This document shows positions 8,515-17,439 of a DNA stretch of 49,220 nucleotides, one piece after another. Source of the stretch: Candidatus Krumholzibacteriia bacterium (lineage in GTDB: Bacteria > Krumholzibacteriota > Krumholzibacteriia > WVZY01); NCBI GenBank assembly GCA_036478295.1, contig JAZGDW010000301.1, positions 1 through 49,220 on the forward strand, in the 5' to 3' direction. The position numbers were made by a program, and so were the translations under genes. Numbering within the stretch: position 1 is the first letter of the stretch; each line of letters opens with the position of its first letter. The notes under the pieces were generated by a model that was given only the letters and a program-made list of their open reading frames with translations, was not told the DNA's origin and did no database searches.

Positions 8515-8969
8515 GTATTGTCGAGACGATTTTCGCCGGACTGGCCGGCACCGCACTGATGACCCTGCTAATGACGGTCATTCACCGTGCGGGATTGGCG
8601 CAGGCGGACATGATCCGGGCCCTCGGCGCCCTGATCACACGGTCCTACGAGCGCTCGCTGGTCCCGGGTCTCCTGATCCACTTTGCATCGGGGGCGGTCT
8701 TTGCGTTTCCCTACGTGTTTGTGCTGGGCGGTCTGGATCTGCCCTCGACGGCCGCTACGATCGGACTGGGTGCCCTCATAGGGTTTGTACACGGATTCGT
8801 CATGAGCTTCATCCTCGTGGCCGCGGTGTCCGAGGAACATCCGGTGGAGCAGTTCCGGGAGGCGGGATTCGAGGTCGCCGCCGTGCACGTTCTGGGCCAC
8901 GTCGTCTACGGCGTAGGGGTCGCCACGGTGGCCGGGCTCCTCGCCATCGACTTCGGTTTCCGTTTCTAG
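8511..8969 (+). CDS. Small four-TM His-containing membrane protein of unknown function
   Basis: AGLAGTALMT, GLLIHF, GFVHG and HVLGHVVYG. GGAGG RBS and GTGA overlap. Confidence 0.8.
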   Translation: MSIVETIFAGLAGTALMTLLMTVIHRAGLAQADMIRALGALITRSYERSLVPGLLIHFASGAVFAFPYVFVLGGLDLPSTAATIGLGALIGFVHGFVMSFILVAAVSEEHPVEQFREAGFEVAAVHVLGHVVYGVGVATVAGLLAIDFGFRF

Positions 8970-8991
8970 GCGGTGCCCCTAAAAAAAGCCC

Positions 8992-9020
8992 TTGCCCTCG
9001 GGGCGCTTTGCCCGTAGTAT
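8992..9020 (+). promoter_or_regulatory. Putative sigma-70 promoter of the pyr operon
   Basis: TTGCCC-17 nt-TAGTAT immediately upstream of the PyrR-type leader. Confidence 0.6.
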
Positions 9021-9035
9021 AGATCAAAAGTGGTT

Positions 9036-9068
9036 CCTTTTAATCTGGTCCGGGAGGCCAGGAAAGGG
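9036..9068 (+). promoter_or_regulatory. PyrR-binding RNA stem-loop (attenuator)
   Basis: CCTTTTAATCTGGTCCGGGAGGCCAGGAAAGG carries the CCUUUAA and GUCC..GAGGC hallmarks, and lies directly upstream of pyrR. Confidence 0.8.
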
Positions 9069-9091
9069 CAGCGATCATGACAAACGCCCAA

Positions 9092-9124
9092 CCCCCCGCC
9101 TGCACATCCCGGGGGGATTTTTTT
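9092..9124 (+). terminator. Attenuator terminator in the pyrR leader
   Basis: CCCCCCG...CGGGGGG stem followed by A and T7. Confidence 0.75.
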
Positions 9125-9171
9125 GCCCTCCAGCCTGACCCGGCCCAAAACCCTTCGCGGGAGAAATAAAT

Positions 9172-9720
9172 TTGGGTTTCAGAACCAAGTCTACCATCAT
9201 GGACGCCGACCAGATCCGTCGCGCGGTCAAACGGGTCGCACATGAGATCGTCGAGCGTAACCTCGGTGTCGACGGTGTCATCGTGGTGGGCATACGCCGC
9301 AGAGGCGTATTCCTGGCCCAGCGCATCGCGGAATGTCTCCAGAACATCGAGGACCAGGCGGTGCCCATCGGCGCCCTGGACATCACGCTCTACCGCGACG
9401 ATTTTCAGGTAAAGACCAGCAACCCGGTTGTCGGCACAACAGAGATCCAGGAGGACATCCACGACAAGGTGATCGTCCTGGTCGATGACGTGCTGTACAC
9501 CGGCCGAACCGTGCGCGCCGCGCTCGACGAGCTGATCGACTTCGGCCGTCCGAAGCAAATCCAGCTCGCCGTGCTGGTCGATCGCGGACACCGCGAATTT
9601 CCGATAAAGGCGGACTATGTCGGCAAGAACGTTCCGACTTCAGAAACCGAAATAGTGGAAGTGCACCTGACGGAACTGGATGGATGCGATGAGGTAATCC
9701 TCGGGGAGAGACAATCATGA
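9172..9720 (+). CDS. pyrR: Bifunctional pyr operon regulator / uracil phosphoribosyltransferase
   Basis: [20 protein letters not shown] and [19 protein letters not shown] start after GGAG. Confidence 0.97.
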   Translation: MGFRTKSTIMDADQIRRAVKRVAHEIVERNLGVDGVIVVGIRRRGVFLAQRIAECLQNIEDQAVPIGALDITLYRDDFQVKTSNPVVGTTEIQEDIHDKVIVLVDDVLYTGRTVRAALDELIDFGRPKQIQLAVLVDRGHREFPIKADYVGKNVPTSETEIVEVHLTELDGCDEVILGERQS

Positions 9721-10703
9721 AGCTCGACAAGAAAGATCTTCTTGGTCTCGAAGGCATGAGCGCCGAAGCAATTGAATTGATTCTGGATTCCGCCGCGTCG
9801 TTCAAGGAGATTTCCGAGCGACCGGTCAAGAAGGTGCCCGTGCTCCGCGGCAAGACGGTCGTCAATCTCTTCTTCGAGCCGAGCACGCGCACCCAGGCCA
9901 GTTTCGAACTCGCCGAAAAAAGACTCAGCGCGGATACGGTTAATATTTCCAAAGAATCCAGCAGCGTCGTCAAGGGCGAGACGCTCCGTGACACAGCGGA
10001 GAACCTGCAGGCGATGAAAATCGATCTCATCGTCATCCGCCATTCCGCGGCAGGGGCGCCGCATTTTCTGGCTAACCTGCTCGACGCCTCGATAATCAAC
10101 GCCGGTGACGGCGCGCACGAACATCCAACGCAGGGACTCCTGGATATCTTCACGCTGCGCGAAAAGCTCGGAGGGCTCAGGGACAGGAAAATCGTGATAG
10201 TTGGTGACATTACGCACAGCCGCGTGGCTCGTTCGAACATCTTCGGACTCGTCACCCTGGGTGCCCGGGTGACGCTGTGCGGTCCGCCGACCATGATGCC
10301 CCCGGGGATCACGAGGCTCGGCGTCGAGGTAGAGCCCGATCTTCGACGGGCGGTGGCGGATGCCGACGCGGTGAATGTGCTCCGCATCCAGCTGGAGCGG
10401 CAAAAGGTAAACCTCTTTCCCAGCGTTGCGGAATACGCCAACCTGTACGGGGTGGACAGACACATCGTTGCGCGCATGAAACCCGAGGCACTTATCATGC
10501 ACCCCGGTCCGATCAACCGAGGAGTCGAGATCAGCCAGGAAGTTGCTGACAGCGACCGGGCCGTTATTCTGGAACAGGTGACCAACGGCGTGGCGATACG
10601 CATGGCCGTTTTGTACCTTATTCTCGAGGGGGTGCAGCGGGAGCCCTCACTCGGCGAGGAAGAGACCGCGGAAGAGGTCGAAGCCCGCTCGAAGGTGGTT
10701 TAA
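9717..10703 (+). CDS. pyrB: Aspartate carbamoyltransferase catalytic subunit
   Basis: [20 protein letters not shown] and HPGPINRG. Confidence 0.98.
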   Translation: MKLDKKDLLGLEGMSAEAIELILDSAASFKEISERPVKKVPVLRGKTVVNLFFEPSTRTQASFELAEKRLSADTVNISKESSSVVKGETLRDTAENLQAMKIDLIVIRHSAAGAPHFLANLLDASIINAGDGAHEHPTQGLLDIFTLREKLGGLRDRKIVIVGDITHSRVARSNIFGLVTLGARVTLCGPPTMMPPGITRLGVEVEPDLRRAVADADAVNVLRIQLERQKVNLFPSVAEYANLYGVDRHIVARMKPEALIMHPGPINRGVEISQEVADSDRAVILEQVTNGVAIRMAVLYLILEGVQREPSLGEEETAEEVEARSKVV

Positions 10704-10737
10704 CGAGCTCACACCCGTCCGATGCGAAAGAAGTTAA

Positions 10738-12057
10738 ATGCCGGATCTGAATAGTTGGAAGAACGAACCGGAATACGTGATCTATAACGTTATGCTCGTG
10801 GATCCGGAGAAAAACCGTACGCGACCCGGTCACGTCGGCGTCAAGCAGGGCAAAATTGCGTTCGTCGAACCGGGAGAGCCACAGATCGCTTCGATGACCT
10901 GTTACGACGGCGGCGGGCTGCACCTGGCGCCGGGATTCGTCGACATCCACGTTCACCTGCGTGAACCCGGTCATGAATACAAAGAAACCATCGCCAGCGG
11001 GACCCGGGCGGCGGTCGCGGGCGGATTCACGTCCGTGGCGTGTATGCCCAACACCGACCCTCCGATCGATGAAAACAGCGTCGTCGAGTTCATTCTCAAG
11101 AAGGCGGCTATCGCCGGCTTCGCCAAGGTCTACCCCATCGCCGCGGCGACCGTCGGTCGCAAGGGTGAGAAACTGACCGAGTTCCATTCGCTGGTCGAGG
11201 CGGGCGCGGTGGCCGTCAGCGACGACGGCAATCCGGTAGCCAACGCGCGTATGGTACGCAGCGTGCTCGAGTACAGCGCGAACTTCGGCATTCCTTTTAT
11301 AGAACACTGTGAAGACCACGCCGCCACCGCCGGCGGGGTCATGCACGAGGGATACTATTCCACCAAACTAGGCCTTCGCGGGGTGCCTTCACATAGTGAG
11401 GAAATCTGTCTGGCCCGCGACCTGCTGGTGCTGGAGAACATTCCCGCGAGGTTCCACGCGGCGCACCTCTCATCACGCGGCTCCGTTCAGATGATCCGGG
11501 ACGCCAAGACGAGGGGACTTCCGGTCACGGCGGAGACCGCGCCGCACTACCTGTGCCTGGTCGATCAGGACCTGGAATCCTATGACACCAGCCTGAAAAT
11601 CAACCCGCCGATTCGAAGCGCGGAAGACCAGGCGGCGCTTATCGAAGGGCTCAAGGACGGCACCGTGGATTGTATCGCCAGCGACCATGCGCCGCATGCG
11701 GCGCAAGAGAAGCAGGTGGAGTTCGAGGCGGCTCCTCCCGGGGCTGTTGGTCTGGAGACGACCTTCTCGATCATCATGACGTACCTGGTCGAGCCGGGAC
11801 ACCTGGGTCTGGCCGAGGCCCTTGCGTTGATCACACACCGCCCGGCGCGGGTGCTGGGAATTCCGGGGGGAACCCTGAGTGTCGGGGAGGCGGCGGACCT
11901 GACGCTGTTTGATCCGAAAGAGGAATGGCGGGTGCAGGGCGGGGACTTCCAGTCCAAATCCACCAATTCACCGTTTATCGGCCGTACTCTGCTCGGAAAA
12001 ATAAAGCACACCATTGTCGATGGCCGGCTGGTCACCGAATCTTTTCTCGAAGTTTAA
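10738..12057 (+). CDS. pyrC: Dihydroorotase (type I)
   Basis: DIHVHLREPG, MPNT and IASDHAPH. Confidence 0.97.
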   Translation: MPDLNSWKNEPEYVIYNVMLVDPEKNRTRPGHVGVKQGKIAFVEPGEPQIASMTCYDGGGLHLAPGFVDIHVHLREPGHEYKETIASGTRAAVAGGFTSVACMPNTDPPIDENSVVEFILKKAAIAGFAKVYPIAAATVGRKGEKLTEFHSLVEAGAVAVSDDGNPVANARMVRSVLEYSANFGIPFIEHCEDHAATAGGVMHEGYYSTKLGLRGVPSHSEEICLARDLLVLENIPARFHAAHLSSRGSVQMIRDAKTRGLPVTAETAPHYLCLVDQDLESYDTSLKINPPIRSAEDQAALIEGLKDGTVDCIASDHAPHAAQEKQVEFEAAPPGAVGLETTFSIIMTYLVEPGHLGLAEALALITHRPARVLGIPGGTLSVGEAADLTLFDPKEEWRVQGGDFQSKSTNSPFIGRTLLGKIKHTIVDGRLVTESFLEV

Positions 12058-12073
12058 CCCTCACACTACCGGG

Positions 12074-13543
12074 ATGATGATGAGGGCAACTCGAATACTT
12101 GCAGCACGCGACGGGGCACGCGCGCGATGTCTGCCAAGGAGCTTGCTGCTCGCGGGCGTAGTGGGGATTCTCACGCTCACCGCCGGGTGCGCCTATTACA
12201 ACACGATGTACAATGCACGCAAGGCCTACCGCTCCGCCGAGGAAGTCCCGCGCATGCCCGACGGCAGCATTAATCGCACCGCTTACGCGTCCTACGACGA
12301 AGTGATCGAGAAATGCGAAGCGTTGATCGCCCAGCATCCCGACAGCAAATGGGTAGACGATGCCATCCTGATGATGGGCAAGGCGCACTACCGCAAGAAC
12401 GAGCTCGATAAGGCGATCACGAGGTTCGACGAACTACAGAAAGATCATCCCGAGAGTGAATTGCTCGGTGAAGCCCAAATGTACCTGGCCAAGACGCTCG
12501 TGGCCAAAGACCATCCCGACCAGGCGGTGCCGCTTCTGCAGGCCATTTTCGAGCGAAACCCCAAGAACAAGTTCGCGGACGAGATCCTTTTTCTGCTCGG
12601 CACGAACCTCGTCCGAATCGACCAGGAAAAGGAGGCGCTCCAATATCTCGAAATCCTGGCCGAGACCTACCCCAACAGCACGTTTCGGGTCGATGCTGAC
12701 CTCGAGATCGCCGATCTTTACCTCGAGCGGGGAGCTTATGAAAAGAGTCTGGCCGTTTTTCGCAAGCTCTCCGGCGTGAAGCTTTCCAATGAGAACCTGA
12801 TCCGTTTTCTGACCAAACTCGCCGAGGCACAGGTGAAAATCGGACGCTATCCTGCGGCGTTGCGGACCTTTACCGTTCTGGAGCGGTTCGTCGTGAAGGA
12901 CACGGAAAAAGCCTCCCAAATGCTTTATAAGGGCCAGGCGTTGGTGGGTCTGGATTCCTTGGCGGCCGGGATCGAGGTTTTCGAAGCAGTGGCGGTTACG
13001 TATCCACGGTCCATTTTCAGCGCTGAGGCATCCTACAGGCTCGGCGTCGTATACCAGGAAAAGCTGGACAGCCTGGACGTGGCCAAGGCGAAGTTCGACC
13101 AGGTTCCCAGGCAGTACAGTCAATCCTCTTACGCGCCGGAAGCGATTCGCCGCAGCGTCAGCATCACCAAGCTGCAGAAGCTCAGAGAATCGCTCGGCAA
13201 GGGAGGGGGAGAAGACAAGGCGGGCGTGCAGTTCGATCTGTCCGAAGTCCAGCTGTTCCAGTTCAGTGACTACGAAAAGGCGCTCGAAGGTTACAACGTC
13301 ATTCTCGACCAGTATCCCAACAGTGAGATCGCACCCAAGGCGGCGTACGCCGTTGCCTACATCTACGAATCGCTGCTCAAAGACCCGGTCAGGGCAAAAG
13401 CAGCCTACCTCGTGGTGGTGCAGCGCTACCCCGAATCCCAGCAGGCGGTGTACGCGCGCCGGTACCTGGGCCTGGAAGTCGAGCAAGACGCGCCGGCCGC
13501 TCCGGACAGTCTCGACAGCGCGAGCATGGGCGAAGAACCGTAG
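12074..13543 (+). CDS. Tetratricopeptide-repeat lipoprotein (BamD/CpoB-like TPR arrays); start uncertain
   Basis: Lipobox TAGC followed by AYYNTMYNA. Repeated HPDSKW, YPNS and YPRS TPR turns. Confidence 0.85.
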   Translation: MMMRATRILAARDGARARCLPRSLLLAGVVGILTLTAGCAYYNTMYNARKAYRSAEEVPRMPDGSINRTAYASYDEVIEKCEALIAQHPDSKWVDDAILMMGKAHYRKNELDKAITRFDELQKDHPESELLGEAQMYLAKTLVAKDHPDQAVPLLQAIFERNPKNKFADEILFLLGTNLVRIDQEKEALQYLEILAETYPNSTFRVDADLEIADLYLERGAYEKSLAVFRKLSGVKLSNENLIRFLTKLAEAQVKIGRYPAALRTFTVLERFVVKDTEKASQMLYKGQALVGLDSLAAGIEVFEAVAVTYPRSIFSAEASYRLGVVYQEKLDSLDVAKAKFDQVPRQYSQSSYAPEAIRRSVSITKLQKLRESLGKGGGEDKAGVQFDLSEVQLFQFSDYEKALEGYNVILDQYPNSEIAPKAAYAVAYIYESLLKDPVRAKAAYLVVVQRYPESQQAVYARRYLGLEVEQDAPAAPDSLDSASMGEEP

Positions 13544-13586
13544 AAACTACGCGCCGCCCGCCGCGGGGTCGAGCGGAGACGATACC

Positions 13587-14411
13587 ATGGAATGTTCACG
13601 GAATAGCATCACGAGCCGCCCCGGCCATTACCGGGCAGCGGTGGTGGAGAACCGGCTGCTCAGCCGGCGCTACTATCTCCTCGTGCTGTCGCGTCCGGGG
13701 GCCATGCAGGATCCGGGGCCGGGGACGTTCATCCACGTGATGGTTCCCGCCGGAGACCGTTTTTACCTGCGGCGCCCGTTCAGCGTGCTCGACTGCGACG
13801 CTGACACCATCTCGCTTATTATAGTAGAGAAAGGGGAAGGTACCCGCGCCATGCGGGCTCTGCCGGTGGGTGCGGAGCTGGACCTGATCGGCCCGTTGGG
13901 CCACTCGTTTCCACGCGTGCCGGGTCAGCGGGTACTGGCCCTCGGGGGCGGCGTCGGGTTGGCGCCTCTATACTATTACGGTCGCCGCCGCGAGGTCCGT
14001 GACTGTGAATCCTACCGGCTGCTCTACGGGGCGCGCACGCGCGAGGACCTTTTCCTCGAACGGTTCGATTGGGACACCGAGGCGGTCACGTTCTCGTCCG
14101 ACGACGGCAGCTACGGACACGCGGGCACGGTGGTCGCTCTGGCAGAGAGAGAAATCGAGCGCTGGGGGGCCGATGTGATATTCTCGTGCGGGCCCAACCC
14201 GATGCTAAAAGCAGCCGCCGAGTTTGCCACTCGCCGGGGACTACCGCACTACGTGTCGCTGGAGAACCGGATGGCCTGCGCGCTGGGCGCGTGCCGTTCG
14301 TGCGTCGTGCCCGTGCGGGAGAACGGGGGCATCGCGTATCGCACCGTGTGCAACGATGGTCCGGTGTTCGATGCGGATACGCTGGCGTGGGAAGGTCTGC
14401 CGGCGGCATAG
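13587..14411 (+). CDS. pyrK: Dihydroorotate dehydrogenase B electron-transfer subunit
   Basis: LRRPFS, GGGVGLAP, CGPNPM and MACALGACRSC..VCNDGPVF. ATG at 13587 after GGAG. Confidence 0.95.
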   Translation: MECSRNSITSRPGHYRAAVVENRLLSRRYYLLVLSRPGAMQDPGPGTFIHVMVPAGDRFYLRRPFSVLDCDADTISLIIVEKGEGTRAMRALPVGAELDLIGPLGHSFPRVPGQRVLALGGGVGLAPLYYYGRRREVRDCESYRLLYGARTREDLFLERFDWDTEAVTFSSDDGSYGHAGTVVALAEREIERWGADVIFSCGPNPMLKAAAEFATRRGLPHYVSLENRMACALGACRSCVVPVRENGGIAYRTVCNDGPVFDADTLAWEGLPAA

Positions 14412-14414
14412 GAC

Positions 14415-15323
14415 GTGGAGATGAACAGGAAAACGAGAACCGACAGCACCGTGCGTATCGGACCGGTGACGTTCAAGAACCCGGTCTTTATCGCGTCGGG
14501 CATATGTGGTTACGGTGAGGAGTACTCGCCGCTGATCCGGATCGAAGATCTCGGTGGGGTGGTGACCAAGACCATCACCCTGCGCCCCCGCCTTGGCAAC
14601 CCGCCGCCGCGGATCCACGAGATCCCCACCGGTGCGCTCAACAGCATCGGGCTGGAGAACGTGGGCCTGGACAACTACATCACGGACAAGCTCCCCCGCC
14701 TCCGTGACAGGGGTGTGGGTGTTATCGTCAGTATCGCCGCCGAGCTTGCGGAGGAGTTCGTGGAGTTCGCTGAAAAACTGGCGCCCCTCGATGGCTACCA
14801 GGGCGTCGAACTCAATCTCAGCTGTCCCAATATCGATGAAGAGGCGCTCGACCACGGGCGCAACCCGGAATTTGTCGAAGAAATCACGCGCATCGTGAAG
14901 ACGCGGCTGCCGGAGCGCGCGCTTCTCGTCAAGATTACGCCCAACGTGACGGACATTGCCGCGGTGGCCCGGGCTGCTGAAGCGGGCGGCGCGGACGGCA
15001 TATCGGCCGTCAACACGATCGTGGGGGTAGATTTCGACCTCGATAGCGGCCAGCCGATCTTCGACCGGGGTAGCGGCGGTTACTCGGGCCCCGGAATCCT
15101 GCCCATCGCGCTGCAGAAGGTGTGGGAGGTGGCGCAAGCGGTGTCGATACCCATCATGGGTATCGGAGGTATTTCCAGCATAGAGGACGCGAGAAAGTTC
15201 TTCATCGCCGGCGCGTCGGCTATTCAGGTCGGCACGGCGCTCTTCGTCGACCCGGAGCTTACCATGAACATTGTTTCTGCTTTTGACGACCGTCCCGAGT
15301 GGATGCGGCGGGGACCGTTCTAG
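14415..15323 (+). CDS. pyrD: Dihydroorotate dehydrogenase (NAD+), family 1B catalytic subunit
   Basis: GNPPPRI, LNSIGLEN, ELNLSCPN, KITPN and GGYSG. Confidence 0.96.
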   Translation: MEMNRKTRTDSTVRIGPVTFKNPVFIASGICGYGEEYSPLIRIEDLGGVVTKTITLRPRLGNPPPRIHEIPTGALNSIGLENVGLDNYITDKLPRLRDRGVGVIVSIAAELAEEFVEFAEKLAPLDGYQGVELNLSCPNIDEEALDHGRNPEFVEEITRIVKTRLPERALLVKITPNVTDIAAVARAAEAGGADGISAVNTIVGVDFDLDSGQPIFDRGSGGYSGPGILPIALQKVWEVAQAVSIPIMGIGGISSIEDARKFFIAGASAIQVGTALFVDPELTMNIVSAFDDRPEWMRRGPF

Positions 15324-16037
15324 GTGGATACCCGGGAAGCCTCCCAGAAGCTCATCGTCGCACTCGATGTCGACGGCTACGACCCGGCGGCGGGGTTGAT
15401 CGAGAGACTCTCCCCCCATGCCGGCTGGTTCAAGGTGGGCAGTGTGCTCTTCACGCGGGAGGGCCCGCGGGTCTGCCGGCTGGTGAAGGACTCGGGTGCC
15501 CGACTCTTTCTCGATCTCAAGTTTCACGACATTCCCAACACGGTAAGAGGTGCGGTGGCGGCTGCCATCGACGCCGGGGCCGACATGCTTACCCTCCACG
15601 CGTCAGGCGGTGAGGCGATGATGCGTGCCGCCGTCGACGCGCGCGGGCACGCGGACCCCGGGGGGATCATCATCGTGGGAGTTACAGTTCTTACCCACCT
15701 CGCCCTCGAGGATTTCCACGCGTTGTTCATGAGTGAGCGGTCGCCGGAGGAGACGGTACCGGCCCTGGCACGGCTGGCCAGAGAGGCCGGTCTTGACGGT
15801 GTCGTTGCCTCGGCGCGTGAGGTGCCGGCCATCCGGCGCGAGGCAGGGACCGCTTTCAAGATAGTCACGCCCGGTATTCGCCTGCCGGGTGATGCGGACG
15901 ACGACCAGACCCGTGTCGTTACCCCCCGGCGGGCGGTTGCCGACGGCGCGGACTATCTCGTTGTGGGAAGGGCGATTGTCGCGGCGCCGGACCCCGAAGA
16001 AGCCTGTCGCAGAATTCTTGAGAACATGATATCTTGA
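15324..16037 (+). CDS. pyrF: Orotidine-5'-phosphate decarboxylase
   Basis: IVALD, FLDLKFHDIPNT, VTPGIR and DQTR. Confidence 0.97.
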   Translation: MDTREASQKLIVALDVDGYDPAAGLIERLSPHAGWFKVGSVLFTREGPRVCRLVKDSGARLFLDLKFHDIPNTVRGAVAAAIDAGADMLTLHASGGEAMMRAAVDARGHADPGGIIIVGVTVLTHLALEDFHALFMSERSPEETVPALARLAREAGLDGVVASAREVPAIRREAGTAFKIVTPGIRLPGDADDDQTRVVTPRRAVADGADYLVVGRAIVAAPDPEEACRRILENMIS

Positions 16038-16159
16038 CCGGCGATGCCGACCCGGGCTGGGCCGCGTTCGGCATCTACTCCGAACGCCGATCGTTGCGGC
16101 GTCGCTGGATCGACACGGCGATTTGGTCGCGGACCGCTTAGCCGAAGGAGTCTCCCCGA

Positions 16160-17428
16160 TTGAGTGACACCCTGCTCGCCGGTATTCTGTTCCTGGTTAC
16201 ATACGGGGCGATTGTTGCGTTCAGGCATTACAAGAGCCAGATCTTGTGGGCGGGAATCGCCGTCGGCATCCTGTTCGGCTACCTTCACTCGCACGATATC
16301 GTCCGGTTCATCAACTGGAACGTGATGGGGATCTTCGCGGGCACGCTGATTCTCTCCGAGTATTTTGTCCTCTCCCACGTGCCTGACGCCATTTCCACCG
16401 TCCTTATCGGCCGAACCCGCACCGTGGGCATGGCGTACCTGGTCGTGTGCATATTCGCCTCGCTCCTCTCGATCTGCATCGAAAATGTGGCAGCGGTGCT
16501 CATCATGGCGCCCATCATGATCGGGCTGGCGAAACGGATCGGGGTGTCTCCCGTACCCGGCATCATCGGCATCGCCATCGCGTCGAACCTCCAGGGCGCG
16601 GCGACGCTGATCGGCGACCCGCCGAGCATGATCCTCGCCAGTTACATGAACATGAATTTCAACGATTTCTTTTTGTATCATGGAAAACCGGGAATGTTCT
16701 TCGCCGTCCAGGTGGGCGCGGTTGGCTCGATGCTGTTTCTGTACTGGCTCTTCCGGCGCTACAAGAACCTGGTCACATACGAAGGTGAGGTCAAGATCCG
16801 CAGCCTCGTGCCCACCGCTTGCCTCATTGTGATGATCGTCGGGCTCACACTGAGCTCGCTGGTGGACAGGGAGTTCAAGTGGTTCGGTGGAGCGTTGTGC
16901 ATGGCACTGGCCGCTCTTTGCATCTTGTTGTCGCGCTTTGCCCGTGTGGAAGAGCACCGCCGGCTGGCCGTCCATTTCGATTTTGGAACCACCGCGTTTC
17001 TCGCCGGTGTCTTCGTCATCGTCGGCATGCTCGAGCATAAAGGTGTGATTGCTGCGACAGCGTCATTCCTCAGTGCTCATATTCCGCACGATCCGTTCGT
17101 TGCCTTCATCGTCATCGTGTGGGTGTCGATCGCGTTCAGCGCGTTTATTGATAATGTTCCCTATCTGACGGCGATGATTCCCGTCGTGCAGCTACTGTCG
17201 GATAGTCTGGGTGTCGGCATGCCGCTGCTCGTCTTTGGCCTGTTGATCGGCGCTTCACTTGGCGGTAACATCACGCCGATCGGTGCCGCAGCGAATATCG
17301 TCGCGGTCGGGTCGCTGAAGAAACATAATATCCATGTCTCGTTTTCCGAGTTCGCGCGCGTGGGCCTGCCGTTTACCGTGATCGCCACGCTGCTCGGTTC
17401 GATGTTCGTCTACTTTGTGTGGCGCTAG
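16160..17428 (+). CDS. ArsB/NhaD (IT superfamily) permease
   Basis: SNLQGAATLIGDPPS, SAFIDNVP and LGGNITPIGAAAN. Many TM helices. TTG start after AAGGAG. Confidence 0.88.
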   Translation: MSDTLLAGILFLVTYGAIVAFRHYKSQILWAGIAVGILFGYLHSHDIVRFINWNVMGIFAGTLILSEYFVLSHVPDAISTVLIGRTRTVGMAYLVVCIFASLLSICIENVAAVLIMAPIMIGLAKRIGVSPVPGIIGIAIASNLQGAATLIGDPPSMILASYMNMNFNDFFLYHGKPGMFFAVQVGAVGSMLFLYWLFRRYKNLVTYEGEVKIRSLVPTACLIVMIVGLTLSSLVDREFKWFGGALCMALAALCILLSRFARVEEHRRLAVHFDFGTTAFLAGVFVIVGMLEHKGVIAATASFLSAHIPHDPFVAFIVIVWVSIAFSAFIDNVPYLTAMIPVVQLLSDSLGVGMPLLVFGLLIGASLGGNITPIGAAANIVAVGSLKKHNIHVSFSEFARVGLPFTVIATLLGSMFVYFVWR

Positions 17429-17439
17429 TGGAGGTTGCC

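Noticed and set aside
9383..15599. Long antisense ORFs (9383-10603, 12434-13486, 14241-15599 and similar ones elsewhere)
   Set aside because: These are shadow frames of well-supported + strand genes in GC-rich DNA, with no motifs of their own.
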